DNA of 64,000 nucleotides from Bdellovibrionales bacterium (GTDB lineage Bacteria > Bdellovibrionota > UBA1018 > CAIMNF01): assembly GCA_040380025.1 (NCBI GenBank), contig JBEIJY010000010.1:1-64000 (forward strand), read 5' to 3'. The notes below the pieces were generated by a model. The model ran no database searches and was not told the origin of the DNA. It saw nothing but the letters and a program-made list of their open reading frames with translations. The translations under genes and the position numbers were made by a program. This document shows, one piece after another, positions 41,614-51,574 of this stretch (positions are counted from its first letter, which is position 1; each line of letters opens with the position of its first letter).

Positions 41614-43068
41614 ATGAGAACCATCCGCGAGATTCACGACGCATTCGATTCGGGGCGCGAAACCCCCCTTTCGCTCACCGAGCGATACTTGGGCAAGATC
41701 GCGAAAAGTCCCCACAACGCCTGGATCACCCTGTGCGGGGAGCGCGCCCTCCGGCAGGCCGAAGAACAGAACCTCAAGCTGAAGTCAAAGCACGGCGGGA
41801 GAGTCCCGCGCGAAGCCGAGCCTCTTTTCGGCATTCCCCTCGGAATCAAAGACAACCTCGTGATCGAGAATATTCGCACCACCTGCGCTTCGCGGATTCT
41901 TGATTCCTATCTTCCGCCTTATACGGCGACGGCGGTGCTGCGCCTCGAAACAGCGGGCGCGATCCCGCTTGGAAAGCTGAATCTCGATGAGTTCGCCATG
42001 GGCAGTTCGAACGAGAACTCCGCCTATGGCCCCGTTCTCCATCCGACGCATCCGGATCGTGTGCCGGGAGGATCGAGCGGCGGATCCGGAGCGGCCGTTG
42101 CGGCCGATCTGTGCTTTGCGGCGCTCGGAACCGATACCGGCGGATCGATCCGGCTTCCGGCTTCGTTTTGCGGCGTGGTGGGGATGAAGCCGACCTACGG
42201 GCGCATTTCGCGTTACGGACAGATCGCGTTCGCATCGTCGCTCGATCAGATCGGACCGATGACCCGCTCCGTGGAGGATGCGGCGGTTCTCGCGCAGGTG
42301 ATGTCCGGGGTCGATTCGATGGATTCGACTTCTTCAGACCAACCGGTCGAAGACTGGGGCGCGATCGTTCGAGCACTCGGGGATTCCCCGTCGGCAAAGG
42401 GTCTGCGAGTGGGAGTTCCCGCGGAGTATTTCATCGACGGAATCGACCCGGAAGTCCGTTCTGCGATCGAGGCCCGCATCGAAACGCTACATGCGCAGGG
42501 AGCTGCGATCGTTCCCGTGTCGCTTCCGCATACCCGGTTTGCCGTGTCGACCTATTACCTGATCGCCGTCTCGGAGGCGTCCTCGAATCTTTCGCGCTTT
42601 GACGGCGTCCGCTTCGGGCTTCGTCCCGCAGATGCGATGCGCTCGGGAGGACTTCGCGAGTTTTATCAGAAGGTGCGCGCGAATTTCGGTCCCGAGGTCA
42701 AGCGAAGGATCATTCTCGGAAACTTCGCGCTCTCGAGCGGGTACTGCGAGGATTATTTTCAAAAAGCGGCAAAAGTACGTCGCCTCATGCGCATGGATTT
42801 CGAGAACGCGTTCCGCTCGGTCGATGTGATGGTGTCGCCCGTGGCGCCGACGACCGCGTTTCGTCTGGGCGAGAAGTCAAAAAATCCGCTTCAGATGTAT
42901 CTGACGGACATCTTCACCATTCCGGCCTCGCTCGCGGGGCTTCCCGCGATGAGCGTTCCGGTCGGAACGGATTCCGGGGGGCTTCCGATCGGGATGCAGC
43001 TGATCGCTCCGCGATTTGGGGAATCCTCCTTGTTCCGTGCGGCGCGGATCGTGGAGGCGAACACATGA
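41614..43068 (+). CDS. gatA: Asp/Glu-tRNA amidotransferase subunit A
   Basis: GIKDN, NLDEFAMGSS, PGGSSGGS, DTGGSIRLPA, GPEVKRRI. Confidence 0.96.
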   Translation: MRTIREIHDAFDSGRETPLSLTERYLGKIAKSPHNAWITLCGERALRQAEEQNLKLKSKHGGRVPREAEPLFGIPLGIKDNLVIENIRTTCASRILDSYLPPYTATAVLRLETAGAIPLGKLNLDEFAMGSSNENSAYGPVLHPTHPDRVPGGSSGGSGAAVAADLCFAALGTDTGGSIRLPASFCGVVGMKPTYGRISRYGQIAFASSLDQIGPMTRSVEDAAVLAQVMSGVDSMDSTSSDQPVEDWGAIVRALGDSPSAKGLRVGVPAEYFIDGIDPEVRSAIEARIETLHAQGAAIVPVSLPHTRFAVSTYYLIAVSEASSNLSRFDGVRFGLRPADAMRSGGLREFYQKVRANFGPEVKRRIILGNFALSSGYCEDYFQKAAKVRRLMRMDFENAFRSVDVMVSPVAPTTAFRLGEKSKNPLQMYLTDIFTIPASLAGLPAMSVPVGTDSGGLPIGMQLIAPRFGESSLFRAARIVEANT

Positions 43069-44564
43069 GTATCCGTCATGCCGGGATGCCGGTCGATGTG
43101 AATACCCGCTTCGAAACCGTGATCGGGCTCGAGGTGCATGTCCAGCTTGCGACCGAATCGAAGATCTTCTCGTCCTCGCGGGCGCGCCTTGCAGGCGACC
43201 AATCCGTGGCGGATGAGGCGGTGAATTCGAACACCGATCCGGTGTGTGCCGGTCATCCCGGGACCCTGCCGGTTCTGAACAAAAAAGCGGTCGAGTACGC
43301 GGTGCGTGCCGGGATCGCACTCGGGTGCGCGATCCGCTTGCGCAGTGTTTTTGCCCGAAAGCACTATTTCTATCCGGATTCCCCGAAAGGCTATCAAATC
43401 TCGCAATTCGATCTTCCGGCGTGCGGCCCGGGACAGCTCGAAATCGAGCTCGGCGAGGAAGGAGAGGACTCCAGAACCATCCGGATCGAGCGGATCCACC
43501 TCGAGGAAGATGCCGGCAAGAACGTGCACTTCCCGTCGTACAGTCTGGTGAATCTGAATCGCGCGGGCGTTCCCCTGATCGAGATCGTGAGTGCTCCCGA
43601 CATGCGGACGGCGGCCGAAGCGGGTGCCTATCTGCGAAAACTGTACGCGATCGTGACCTCGATCGGCGTCTGCGACGGAAACCTCGAAGAAGGGAATTTC
43701 CGGTGTGACGCGAATGTGTCGATCCGTCCCGAAGGGGCGCAAGGCTTCGGCACGCGCGTCGAGATCAAGAACGTGAACTCCTTCCGTTTCGTCGAAAAGG
43801 CGATCGAATACGAGGCCGAGCGGCAAAGGCAGGTGATCCTCTCGGGCGATTCCCTCGTACAAGAGACGCGCCTTTATGATGCCCAGAAGAACCGCACTTT
43901 TTCGATGCGGACCAAGGAAGAGGCCGAGGATTACCGGTATTTCCCCGATCCCGACCTGCCGCCGCTCGAGCTTTCCCCGGACTGGGTCGAGTCGATCCGA
44001 AAGACACTCCCCGAGCTTCCCGATCAAAAGCGCGATCGGTTCATGCAAACCTTCGGGCTCGGCCGGCACGAGGCGGCGCTGATCTCGTCGGGTGCCGAGA
44101 CCGCAAGGTTTTTCGAGGAAGCCGTGGCCCTTGCGGGCGCGGGCGCCGCACGAACGATTGCGAATCTCATGAATGGCGAGATCCTGCGTCTTCTGAATGA
44201 AGAAAATATCGCATTGGGCGAATCGCGGTTCACCCCCGCCGCACTGGCCGCACTTGCCGGGTTTATCGCAGAGAAATTCGTTTCGAGCACGGGGGCCAAA
44301 CAGGTTCTCGGAGTTCTTTTTCGCGAGGGCGGAGAGGTGAGCGCGATCATCGACCGCGAGGGGCTTCGTCAGGTAAGTGATTCTTCGGCGCTCGAGCCCG
44401 TGATCGACCGTGTGCTCGAGGCGAACCCGAAGCAGGTCGCCGAATACCGGGCGGGCAAAGAGAAGGTGATTGGGTTTTTGGTGGGGCAGACCATGAAGGC
44501 AAGCGGTGGGAAGGCTGATCCGGCGCTCCTTCAGGAAATCTTGCTCCGGAAACTGAAAGGATGA
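43065..44564 (+). CDS. gatB: Asp/Glu-tRNA amidotransferase subunit B
   Basis: IGLEVHVQL, YFYPDSPKGYQISQ, HLEEDAGK, RCDANVS, DYRYFPDPDL. Confidence 0.97.
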   Translation: MSIRHAGMPVDVNTRFETVIGLEVHVQLATESKIFSSSRARLAGDQSVADEAVNSNTDPVCAGHPGTLPVLNKKAVEYAVRAGIALGCAIRLRSVFARKHYFYPDSPKGYQISQFDLPACGPGQLEIELGEEGEDSRTIRIERIHLEEDAGKNVHFPSYSLVNLNRAGVPLIEIVSAPDMRTAAEAGAYLRKLYAIVTSIGVCDGNLEEGNFRCDANVSIRPEGAQGFGTRVEIKNVNSFRFVEKAIEYEAERQRQVILSGDSLVQETRLYDAQKNRTFSMRTKEEAEDYRYFPDPDLPPLELSPDWVESIRKTLPELPDQKRDRFMQTFGLGRHEAALISSGAETARFFEEAVALAGAGAARTIANLMNGEILRLLNEENIALGESRFTPAALAALAGFIAEKFVSSTGAKQVLGVLFREGGEVSAIIDREGLRQVSDSSALEPVIDRVLEANPKQVAEYRAGKEKVIGFLVGQTMKASGGKADPALLQEILLRKLKG

Positions 44565-44573
44565 GTTGAGCAG

Positions 44574-47015
44574 ATGAAAAAAGCGATGAAAATTCTGGGA
44601 GTCGTGGCAGGCGTGTTTCTGGTGCTGATTCTGACGATCCCGTTCTTTGTGCAGGTGGACCGGTTCCGCCCCGAGATCGTGAAGGCGGTGAACAGCCGGA
44701 TCAACGGGGAGCTCGAGCTCGGCAAACTGAGCCTGAGTCTTTGGGGCCGGATCCGGATCGATGTCGACGGGGTGAAACTCAAAGATACCCAAAAAAACGA
44801 GCTCCTCTCGGTGAAGGACGCTTCGTTTGACATGCCTTATCTCTCGGTGATCTCGGGATCGCCTTTGATTACCTTCGTGATGAAGGAGCCCTCGATTCAG
44901 GTCGAAAAAGACCGGGCGGGGAAGATCAATCTTTTGAGCTTGGTGAAGTCCGAGCCTGTTGCCGCTCCCGCGCCCGGGAGCTCGGCTCCGGGATCGGCAC
45001 CGGGATCGGCACCGGGATCGGCACCGGGAGAGGCAGATAAGCCCTCCGCCGCACCTCCCGTGAAGACGGAGCTGCCGTCACTCGCACGGAACGCGCACTT
45101 CGGGCTTTCGGTCGAGAACGCCAAGGTCCTCTACCGCGATCAGGCGCTTTCGCTCACGAACACGATCGACCGGCTCAATCTTCGGGTGAAGGATTTTTCG
45201 CTTTCCCGCAAGACCGAGATCGAGCTCTGGGCCGATCTGAAGACCCGCATGGGAGAAGACCTCTCGCTCGAAGGTCCGCTTCGCTTTCGCATGGATCTCG
45301 TGCCCGAGGTCTCGGGCGGGGAGTTCCGGAGCGCGAATGTCAGTGCGACCTTCTCGGCCGATGATCTCGTCATCAGCAAGGGCCGCCTATTCATGAAAGC
45401 AAAGGGGATTCCGGCGCACTTTGACTTCATTGCCAATCTGGATCCGTCCGGGCTGAAGCTGAAGGAGGCAAAGGCCTTCTTTCATAATGCCGAGATCGTT
45501 CTCTCGGGAGTGTTCCACAAAGAAAACGGCGCGGATTTTCGCTTCGAGGCCAAACCAGTCGAACTGAAGCCCTGGTCCGAGCTCGTGCCCATGCTGAAGG
45601 AGTACGAGCTCGAAGGAAAACTCGGCCTCAAGGGAGAGACCAAAGGAAAGACCGAATCGTTGCGGTACTCGGCCGATCTCTCGATCGACGGACTTTCGGC
45701 GAAGGGGCCGCATTTGAAGGCGAAGCCCGTGCTGAACGGCGCGGTTCGGATCGTGACCGATCAGATCGAAAAGCTCTCGATCACGATGAAGGGCCCCGGA
45801 AACGAGCTCGTGCTGGACGGAAAAATCATCTCGTTCTCGAAGCCCCGTGTGACCTTCGCGCTGAACTCGAAGGGAATGGACCTCGACCAGTGGATCGAGT
45901 TCCCGGAACCCTCGAAGGCCGCGAAGGTGGCACCGAAAGAAGCATCAAAAGAAGCATCAAAAGAAGCGGGCGCTCCGGAGGGCGGAAAGCCGGCTGCGAC
46001 CGCAGGATCGTCTCCCGCTGAAGAAAACTACGACTCCATGCTTGATCCGCTTCGTTCGAATGCGATCGCAAAAGAAGCGACCGTCGACGGAAGTGTCTCG
46101 ATCGCATTCCTGAAGGCGAAGGGGGTCCGGCTGGATGATCTCCGTGCGAAGCTTCAGGTCCGGAATCTCGTCGCATCGATGACCGGTCTGGGATTCCGCA
46201 TGTTCGACGGCTCCTTGAACGGCACCTTTTCGACCGACCTGAAGCCGAAGGAGCCGGTGTACACGATGGCATTCTCGGTGAATGGTCTCGACATGCAAAA
46301 AGCCGTCGAATCGCAGTTCGCAAGCTTCCGGAATACGCTCACAGGCAAGCTCTCGGCATCCCTCCAGGGCGGGGGCGCGAGCTTCCGGCCCGAGCTTGCC
46401 ACCAAGCGGCTGCAGATGAAAGGCGACTTCAAGGTCGTGAACGGCGCATTCCGCTCGATCGACATCGTGAAGATGGCGAGCGAGGCGATCAATGGCTCGC
46501 TCGGCAAGATCGCCGAGAAGGTTCCCGTGCTGAAAGGCAAGAACCTGAAGGTGGGCGCGAATGTCGACTCGAAGTACGAGCTCATTTCGAGCTCCTTCAC
46601 GATCCGCGACGGGGTCCTCGATGCGCCGAACTTCGTGGCCAAGGCGGCCCCGAAGAGCGGCATCGATCTGAAGGGATCGACCCGGATGGGGCTCATCGAT
46701 GAGTCACTCGACGCGAAGTGGGAATTGAGCGATACCCAGCGCGTGACCGGCGCCGATCAGCTCAGTGTCGATGTGGCCGGCAAGACCATCCGCAATTTTC
46801 TTGCGAAGTCCGAAAAGGATCCGGTGATTCTTCCCGTCACCGTGGGATGCAAATGGAGCGCTCCCTGCACCAAGTACGAACAGGTTCCCGAGTATCTGGC
46901 TGGAGTCGCGGCCGGCCGCTTGAGCAACGTGGCCCAGGACGTGGTGAAGCAAAAGGTGCAAGAGACCCTGAAAAAAGGCGTCGGGGAGGCCCTGAAGGGC
47001 CTCTTCGGACGGTGA
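44574..47015 (+). CDS. AsmA-family envelope protein
   Basis: N-terminal TM anchor, beta-rich body, low-complexity linkers (GSAP x3, KEAS repeats). Confidence 0.75.
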   Translation: MKKAMKILGVVAGVFLVLILTIPFFVQVDRFRPEIVKAVNSRINGELELGKLSLSLWGRIRIDVDGVKLKDTQKNELLSVKDASFDMPYLSVISGSPLITFVMKEPSIQVEKDRAGKINLLSLVKSEPVAAPAPGSSAPGSAPGSAPGSAPGEADKPSAAPPVKTELPSLARNAHFGLSVENAKVLYRDQALSLTNTIDRLNLRVKDFSLSRKTEIELWADLKTRMGEDLSLEGPLRFRMDLVPEVSGGEFRSANVSATFSADDLVISKGRLFMKAKGIPAHFDFIANLDPSGLKLKEAKAFFHNAEIVLSGVFHKENGADFRFEAKPVELKPWSELVPMLKEYELEGKLGLKGETKGKTESLRYSADLSIDGLSAKGPHLKAKPVLNGAVRIVTDQIEKLSITMKGPGNELVLDGKIISFSKPRVTFALNSKGMDLDQWIEFPEPSKAAKVAPKEASKEASKEAGAPEGGKPAATAGSSPAEENYDSMLDPLRSNAIAKEATVDGSVSIAFLKAKGVRLDDLRAKLQVRNLVASMTGLGFRMFDGSLNGTFSTDLKPKEPVYTMAFSVNGLDMQKAVESQFASFRNTLTGKLSASLQGGGASFRPELATKRLQMKGDFKVVNGAFRSIDIVKMASEAINGSLGKIAEKVPVLKGKNLKVGANVDSKYELISSSFTIRDGVLDAPNFVAKAAPKSGIDLKGSTRMGLIDESLDAKWELSDTQRVTGADQLSVDVAGKTIRNFLAKSEKDPVILPVTVGCKWSAPCTKYEQVPEYLAGVAAGRLSNVAQDVVKQKVQETLKKGVGEALKGLFGR

Positions 47016-47027
47016 CGGGGGCGTGCG

Positions 47028-47945
47028 ATGATTCGCGCTTCGATCGATCTCGGAACCAATACTTGTTTGTTGCTCGTGAAAGAAGACACTCCGCAGGGAG
47101 AGCGCGTTCTTCATGACGAATCGAACATCGTAAGGCTCGGCGAGGGCGTCGCCAATTCCGGAGTCCTGAACGATTCCGCCATGGCCCGCGCCCGGGAATG
47201 TCTGGAGCGCTATGTGCGAACCGCCCGGCGCTTCGGAATCGAGGCATCCGGGATCATTGCGGTCGGAACCGCCCAGGCCCGCGATGCGAGCAATGCGGGC
47301 GGGTTTTTTCGCGATCTCGAACAATCGCTCGGGCTCCGATTCCGGATTCTCACGGGTGAGGAAGAAGCGCGGGCGACATTTCTCGGGGCGCTCCCGCCGG
47401 GCTCGGATCCGCGGAATGCGGTGGTGATGGACATCGGCGGCGGGAGCACCGAGCTTGTGGCGATGCCCCGGCCTGACAAAAGCATTTCGGGGGAGAGTCT
47501 CGGAATCGGTGCGGTCCGGATCACCGAGAAGTTTTTGCTCTCGGACCCGGTGAGCGATGCCGAGTTCTGGGCCGCCGAGGATGCGATCAACCGTGCTCTT
47601 GCCGTTCTGAAGCCCTGGCGCAAGAGCTTGGAGCGGGAAGGGGAACCTCTGCGATTCGTGGCCGTCGCCGGAACCGCCGTGACCCTCGCGATGCTTCAGC
47701 TCGGAATCGAGGAGTTCCGCGCCGACCGGATTGACGGAACGAAGATCACGCGGGGAGACGCGCATCGTCTGGTCGAAGAACTGAAGTGGCGCACGGTTTC
47801 GGAGCGGAAGACCATGCCGGGAATGGAAGCGAAGCGCGCCGATGTGATTCTGGCAGGGGCGCTGATTTTTTGGAGAGTGATGGAGGAGTTGGATCTGCCC
47901 GTGGCCGAAATTTCGACCCGTGGCCTGCGCTACGGGGTTTTTTAG
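47028..47945 (+). CDS. ppx: Ppx/GppA exopolyphosphatase (short type)
   Basis: IDLGTNT, VRLGEG, GEEEA, DIGGGSTE, RADVILAG, GLRYG. Confidence 0.92.
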   Translation: MIRASIDLGTNTCLLLVKEDTPQGERVLHDESNIVRLGEGVANSGVLNDSAMARARECLERYVRTARRFGIEASGIIAVGTAQARDASNAGGFFRDLEQSLGLRFRILTGEEEARATFLGALPPGSDPRNAVVMDIGGGSTELVAMPRPDKSISGESLGIGAVRITEKFLLSDPVSDAEFWAAEDAINRALAVLKPWRKSLEREGEPLRFVAVAGTAVTLAMLQLGIEEFRADRIDGTKITRGDAHRLVEELKWRTVSERKTMPGMEAKRADVILAGALIFWRVMEELDLPVAEISTRGLRYGVF

Positions 47946-48154
47946 CGGATCATGCGCAGAAGTTTTCGTGCGAGTTCCGGGTCACGGGCCTGAAGTCTCC
48001 GGATCAGGGAGGCGCGGAACGAGGGGTCGGCGAATCGCAACATCTCGATGACCTGGCCGAGGCCATCGACGCGGATTTCGCGCTCGGAGGTCTCGGGTGC
48101 GGATCGGGCGGGGGACGGGCTTCCGGTTTCCATCGGTCTTGTTTCGCGGCTCAT
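47942..48154 (-). CDS. Small protein resembling one FliG armadillo segment
   Basis: GLGQVIEML...RDPELARKL recalls FliG GG..AEIL..DPELA; ATGA-coupled to upstream ORF. Confidence 0.5.
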   Translation of the reverse strand: MSRETRPMETGSPSPARSAPETSEREIRVDGLGQVIEMLRFADPSFRASLIRRLQARDPELARKLLRMIR

Positions 48155-48588
48155 GAGGGTTTTCCTTTCTCGTTCGCCTGGGTTCGATACCCTTCGGCGA
48201 TCTTGCGATATTGCTCCTGCAAACGGGTGATCTGCTCTTCTCCCGTTCTTTTTTCCTGATCGATCCGGCTCGCATACTGCGCGTGGATTTTTTCGGCCTC
48301 TTTTTCGCCCGCTTCCTGCTCCGAGGCGGTGAGGGCGCGGTTCCGCTCGCGGATGGCGGCGAGTTTCTGCCCGAGCGCCTCGGCTTCGTTCGAGATTCTC
48401 ACGTCGAAATCCTTGCGGATCTGCTCGAGCTGGCGGTTCTGGTCCTCGATGGTCTTCGAGAGGTTCTCGCGGTGTTGCTCTTCTTTTTGGCGGATTTCGG
48501 CCTCGCGGTCCTTCTCGAGACGGGCGAGGTGACTGCGGTACCGGATCTCGTCGACATTGTTTCCCGATCCATTCATCGCCTGGGCCAT
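48151..48588 (-). CDS. Hypothetical coiled-coil protein
   Basis: E/K/Q/R-rich helical 145 aa; GAGGAG SD upstream. Confidence 0.7.
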   Translation of the reverse strand: MAQAMNGSGNNVDEIRYRSHLARLEKDREAEIRQKEEQHRENLSKTIEDQNRQLEQIRKDFDVRISNEAEALGQKLAAIRERNRALTASEQEAGEKEAEKIHAQYASRIDQEKRTGEEQITRLQEQYRKIAEGYRTQANEKGKPS

Positions 48589-48681
48589 CGCAAACTCCTC
48601 ATTCCCGATGATCTCAGTCCCGAAAACCCTTCACAACGGGCAAAAAATGCCTATACTCGGGGGCAAGGAATCAAACACCGC

Positions 48682-48987
48682 ATGAGCGCCGATACCCGCG
48701 AATTCACCGTGATGGGCCATAAAGTTGTCATTCAGGATCCGGCCGAGGCCGAGCTCGCCGCGCTCGCGCTCGGGCTGGTGAACGAGACGATCGATCGCAT
48801 CCAGTCCCGCCAGCACGGTCTGACCGCGCCCCAGATCACCACGCTCGCCCTCCTCGAAATCGCCGGAAACCTCGTGAAAGACCGCCAGGCCATCGATCGG
48901 TACCGCTCGGAGCTCGATCGCAAGTGCACGGCCCTCATGGGCGAGATCGCGGCTTTTCATCGCACCAATGCCATGGAGCGCCCCTGA
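48682..48987 (+). CDS. zapA: Cell division protein ZapA
   Basis: ~100 aa, beta-beta-helix then LALLEIA coiled coil; directly upstream of fau; TATACT and AAGGA upstream. Confidence 0.7.
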   Translation: MSADTREFTVMGHKVVIQDPAEAELAALALGLVNETIDRIQSRQHGLTAPQITTLALLEIAGNLVKDRQAIDRYRSELDRKCTALMGEIAAFHRTNAMERP

Positions 48988-49625
48988 AGAAGCAGTTGCG
49001 CAATCATTATCTGGGCCTGACCGCCAAGATGGGCTTTGCCGAACTGATGGACCGCTCAGCAGGCCTGAGTGCCCGTTTTTTTGGTTTTTCTGCCGCGAAT
49101 TCGCATGTTTTCTCGCATCGCCATGTGGTGAGCTTCCATCCGTTTTCGAGCGAACCGCAGATCAACATCGAGCGTGAGGCGCGCGATGAACCGTATCAGG
49201 TGGCCTACGTGCGCATCGAGAGCTGGGATCGGCGCGAGATGACCGCGCGGGCCGCCCGGCGCGATACGCCCGATCTCTGGGAGGAGTTCGAGGCCGGGAA
49301 GGGCATCCGGATCCATCAGCCCCGGGCTCTTCAGCCGCTCTGCGAACGCGACGAGGTCGCCGCGATTCTCGTTCCCGGTGCCGCATTCACGCCCTCGGGA
49401 ATCCGCCTCGGTCGGGGAGCCGGATTCTACGATCGCTTTCTCAGGCTCTATCCCGCCGCCCTTCGGGTGGGGATCGCCTTCGACGTCCAGATGACCGATG
49501 CCCTTCCGTTTGATGAGTGGGATGAGCGGGTCGACATCGTCTTGACGGACCGTTCGGAGTATTCCTCGAAATTCTATGAGGAATGGCGAATTCACGGTAA
49601 AATCTGGAACAGGACCTCCTCATGA
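48984..49625 (+). CDS. fau: 5-formyltetrahydrofolate cyclo-ligase (start uncertain, possibly CTG 48984)
   Basis: KKQLR, VPGAAF...RLGRGAGFYDRFL, DEWDERVD. Confidence 0.88.
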   Translation: MKKQLRNHYLGLTAKMGFAELMDRSAGLSARFFGFSAANSHVFSHRHVVSFHPFSSEPQINIEREARDEPYQVAYVRIESWDRREMTARAARRDTPDLWEEFEAGKGIRIHQPRALQPLCERDEVAAILVPGAAFTPSGIRLGRGAGFYDRFLRLYPAALRVGIAFDVQMTDALPFDEWDERVDIVLTDRSEYSSKFYEEWRIHGKIWNRTSS

Positions 49626-50449
49626 TGAAAGTTCTTTTTTTCGGCGATGTTTTTGGAAAACCCGGGCGCCAGGCGGTGAAGCTTGCGATCCTGAAGCTCA
49701 TGCCCGAGCACTGTCCCGATTTCATCATCGTGAACGGCGAGAATGCGGCCCACGGGCGGGGAATCACCGAAAAATTCGCCGAAGAGCTGTTCGCGATGGG
49801 GGTCGATGCGATCACCACGGGCAACCATGCTTGGGATCAGCCCGATTCCAGCGCGTTCTTCTCGAAGTGCGAGCGTGTGCTCCGTCCCGCGAACTATCCC
49901 GAGGCCGATCCTGACCCGGTTCCCGGCCGGGGCGTTGTCGTTCTGGAATCGCGGAATCGTCCGGGGCTTAAGCTCGGGCTGGTGTTGCTCATGGGGCGTG
50001 TGTTCATGGACGCCCTGGAGTGTCCTTTTCATCGCGGAAAAAAAGAGATCCGGAAGCTGCGGGATCGGGGCATCCGGAACATCCTCGTCGATTTTCATGG
50101 CGAGGCGAGTTCCGAAAAACAGGCATTCACCTATTATGTCGACGGCGAGGTCTCGGCCGTGCTCGGAACCCACTCCCATGTCCAGACCGCTGACGAGCGG
50201 GTCACTCCGAACGGAACCGCCGCGATCACCGATGTCGGAATGAGCGGTTGCTTTGATTCGGTGATCGGCACCAAGAAAGAGATTTCAATCCGCAAATTCG
50301 TGACGAAGATGCCGGTCCGCTTCGAGCCGGCCGAGGGGCCCGGCGGCTACGGTGCGGTTTTGATCGAAATCGACGAGAAAACCGGCAAGGCGCTCCGGAT
50401 TCTTCGATTCCGCGAAGAGGTCGTCCGCTTGGAGGGCGTGAGCCTGTGA
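49622..50449 (+). CDS. ymdB: TIGR00282/YmdB-family metallophosphoesterase
   Basis: GDVFGKPGR, NGENAAHG, TGNH, RPANYP, DFHGEASSEK, GTHSHVQTAD. Confidence 0.93.
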   Translation: MMKVLFFGDVFGKPGRQAVKLAILKLMPEHCPDFIIVNGENAAHGRGITEKFAEELFAMGVDAITTGNHAWDQPDSSAFFSKCERVLRPANYPEADPDPVPGRGVVVLESRNRPGLKLGLVLLMGRVFMDALECPFHRGKKEIRKLRDRGIRNILVDFHGEASSEKQAFTYYVDGEVSAVLGTHSHVQTADERVTPNGTAAITDVGMSGCFDSVIGTKKEISIRKFVTKMPVRFEPAEGPGGYGAVLIEIDEKTGKALRILRFREEVVRLEGVSL

Positions 50450-51153
50450 AGCAACATTCCGATTCGTATTCGCGGTTCGTCTCGTGGGTCCAGCGCGACA
50501 TGACTCAGGCGCGGTCGCTCGTGAACCGCAAGGTGTTCAGTGTGGTGCTCTGGTGCCTTGTCATGCCGATGGTGATTTCCTTCCTGCTCCGCGGGATCCG
50601 CTTGCTCGATCTGCCGATGCCAATCCGATTTCCGGAATCGGTTTTGCTCCTGCCCGCTTTTTTGTACGCGCTCGTTGCGCTCTGGCCGACTCTGCGCGAT
50701 CTTCCCCGGGTAATCCGGATCGGCGGACTCGGTGTGCTCCTCGAAGAAAGCCGGAGCGAGGTGGAGTGGATCGAAACCACGGCTTCGCGCCTCCGGCAGG
50801 AGATTCCACTCACCGCCAAAGAATGGAAGCTGATCGAGTTCCATCTTTCGGAGGACATTGAGCGAATGTCCTCGAAAAACCGCTATCTCTCGGTTCTTAC
50901 GGCTGTCGTATTGTTCTTCATGTACCAGTTCCTCGATTCCGACGTGGGAGGGGTTCTCCCCGCCGGAGACGGTCCTATGGGCGTGTTCGTGAACTGGGTC
51001 GATCAGTTCTCGCAGTGGGGAACCCAGCTCCTTGCGATTCTGCTTTTTTCAGCCTTGTTTTACCTGTCCGGGGTCCAGCTGCAGCGGTATCTGGTTCGCT
51101 ATCGGGTGTGTGTGAAGCGTCTTGCGCGTTTTGACGGCGACAGCGAGGTCTGA
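50446..51153 (+). CDS. Hypothetical membrane protein (4 TM)
   Basis: Four hydrophobic helices; GTGA overlap with ymdB. Confidence 0.7.
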   Translation: MKQHSDSYSRFVSWVQRDMTQARSLVNRKVFSVVLWCLVMPMVISFLLRGIRLLDLPMPIRFPESVLLLPAFLYALVALWPTLRDLPRVIRIGGLGVLLEESRSEVEWIETTASRLRQEIPLTAKEWKLIEFHLSEDIERMSSKNRYLSVLTAVVLFFMYQFLDSDVGGVLPAGDGPMGVFVNWVDQFSQWGTQLLAILLFSALFYLSGVQLQRYLVRYRVCVKRLARFDGDSEV

Positions 51154-51180
51154 AACAGGCCAGCGATCAGAAAGAAGCAG

Positions 51181-51519
51181 TCAGGGAGCCGGACACGCCC
51201 CATCGGTGCCGCAGGCTTCTTCTTCACGGGCTTCGGGTTTGCCCGCGCCGCATTTTCTTCCGCAGTTTCCCGCTCCGCAATTTCCGCTTCCGCATTTCGA
51301 TACCGGGGTGAACTCCCACGCGCGCTCGACATCATTCAGGGTGCGGATCGCCTCGAACAGGTTCTCGAATCGGCGGAATCCCACCGTCTCGCCCGTGGTG
51401 TGGCGGACAATGAAGGCCTGATAGGTGCCCGGAACCTCCCGGTCCTCCGAGATGCCGCCCATGAGCTCTTCATCCATCAAAAAGCCCTTCTGATAATTGT
51501 CCGGCGTGAACTTCTGCAT
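51181..51519 (-). CDS. Small protein with Cys-Gly repeat tail
   Basis: KCGSGNCGAGNCGRKCGAGK...ACGTDGAC; TTGACT-17-TAAACT-6-ATG upstream. Confidence 0.75.
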   Translation of the reverse strand: MQKFTPDNYQKGFLMDEELMGGISEDREVPGTYQAFIVRHTTGETVGFRRFENLFEAIRTLNDVERAWEFTPVSKCGSGNCGAGNCGRKCGAGKPEAREEEACGTDGACPAP

Positions 51520-51574
51520 GGGTGGAGTTTAGGGGACGGTACCCGAAAAGTCAAAATGCGGGTAAACTGACGGA

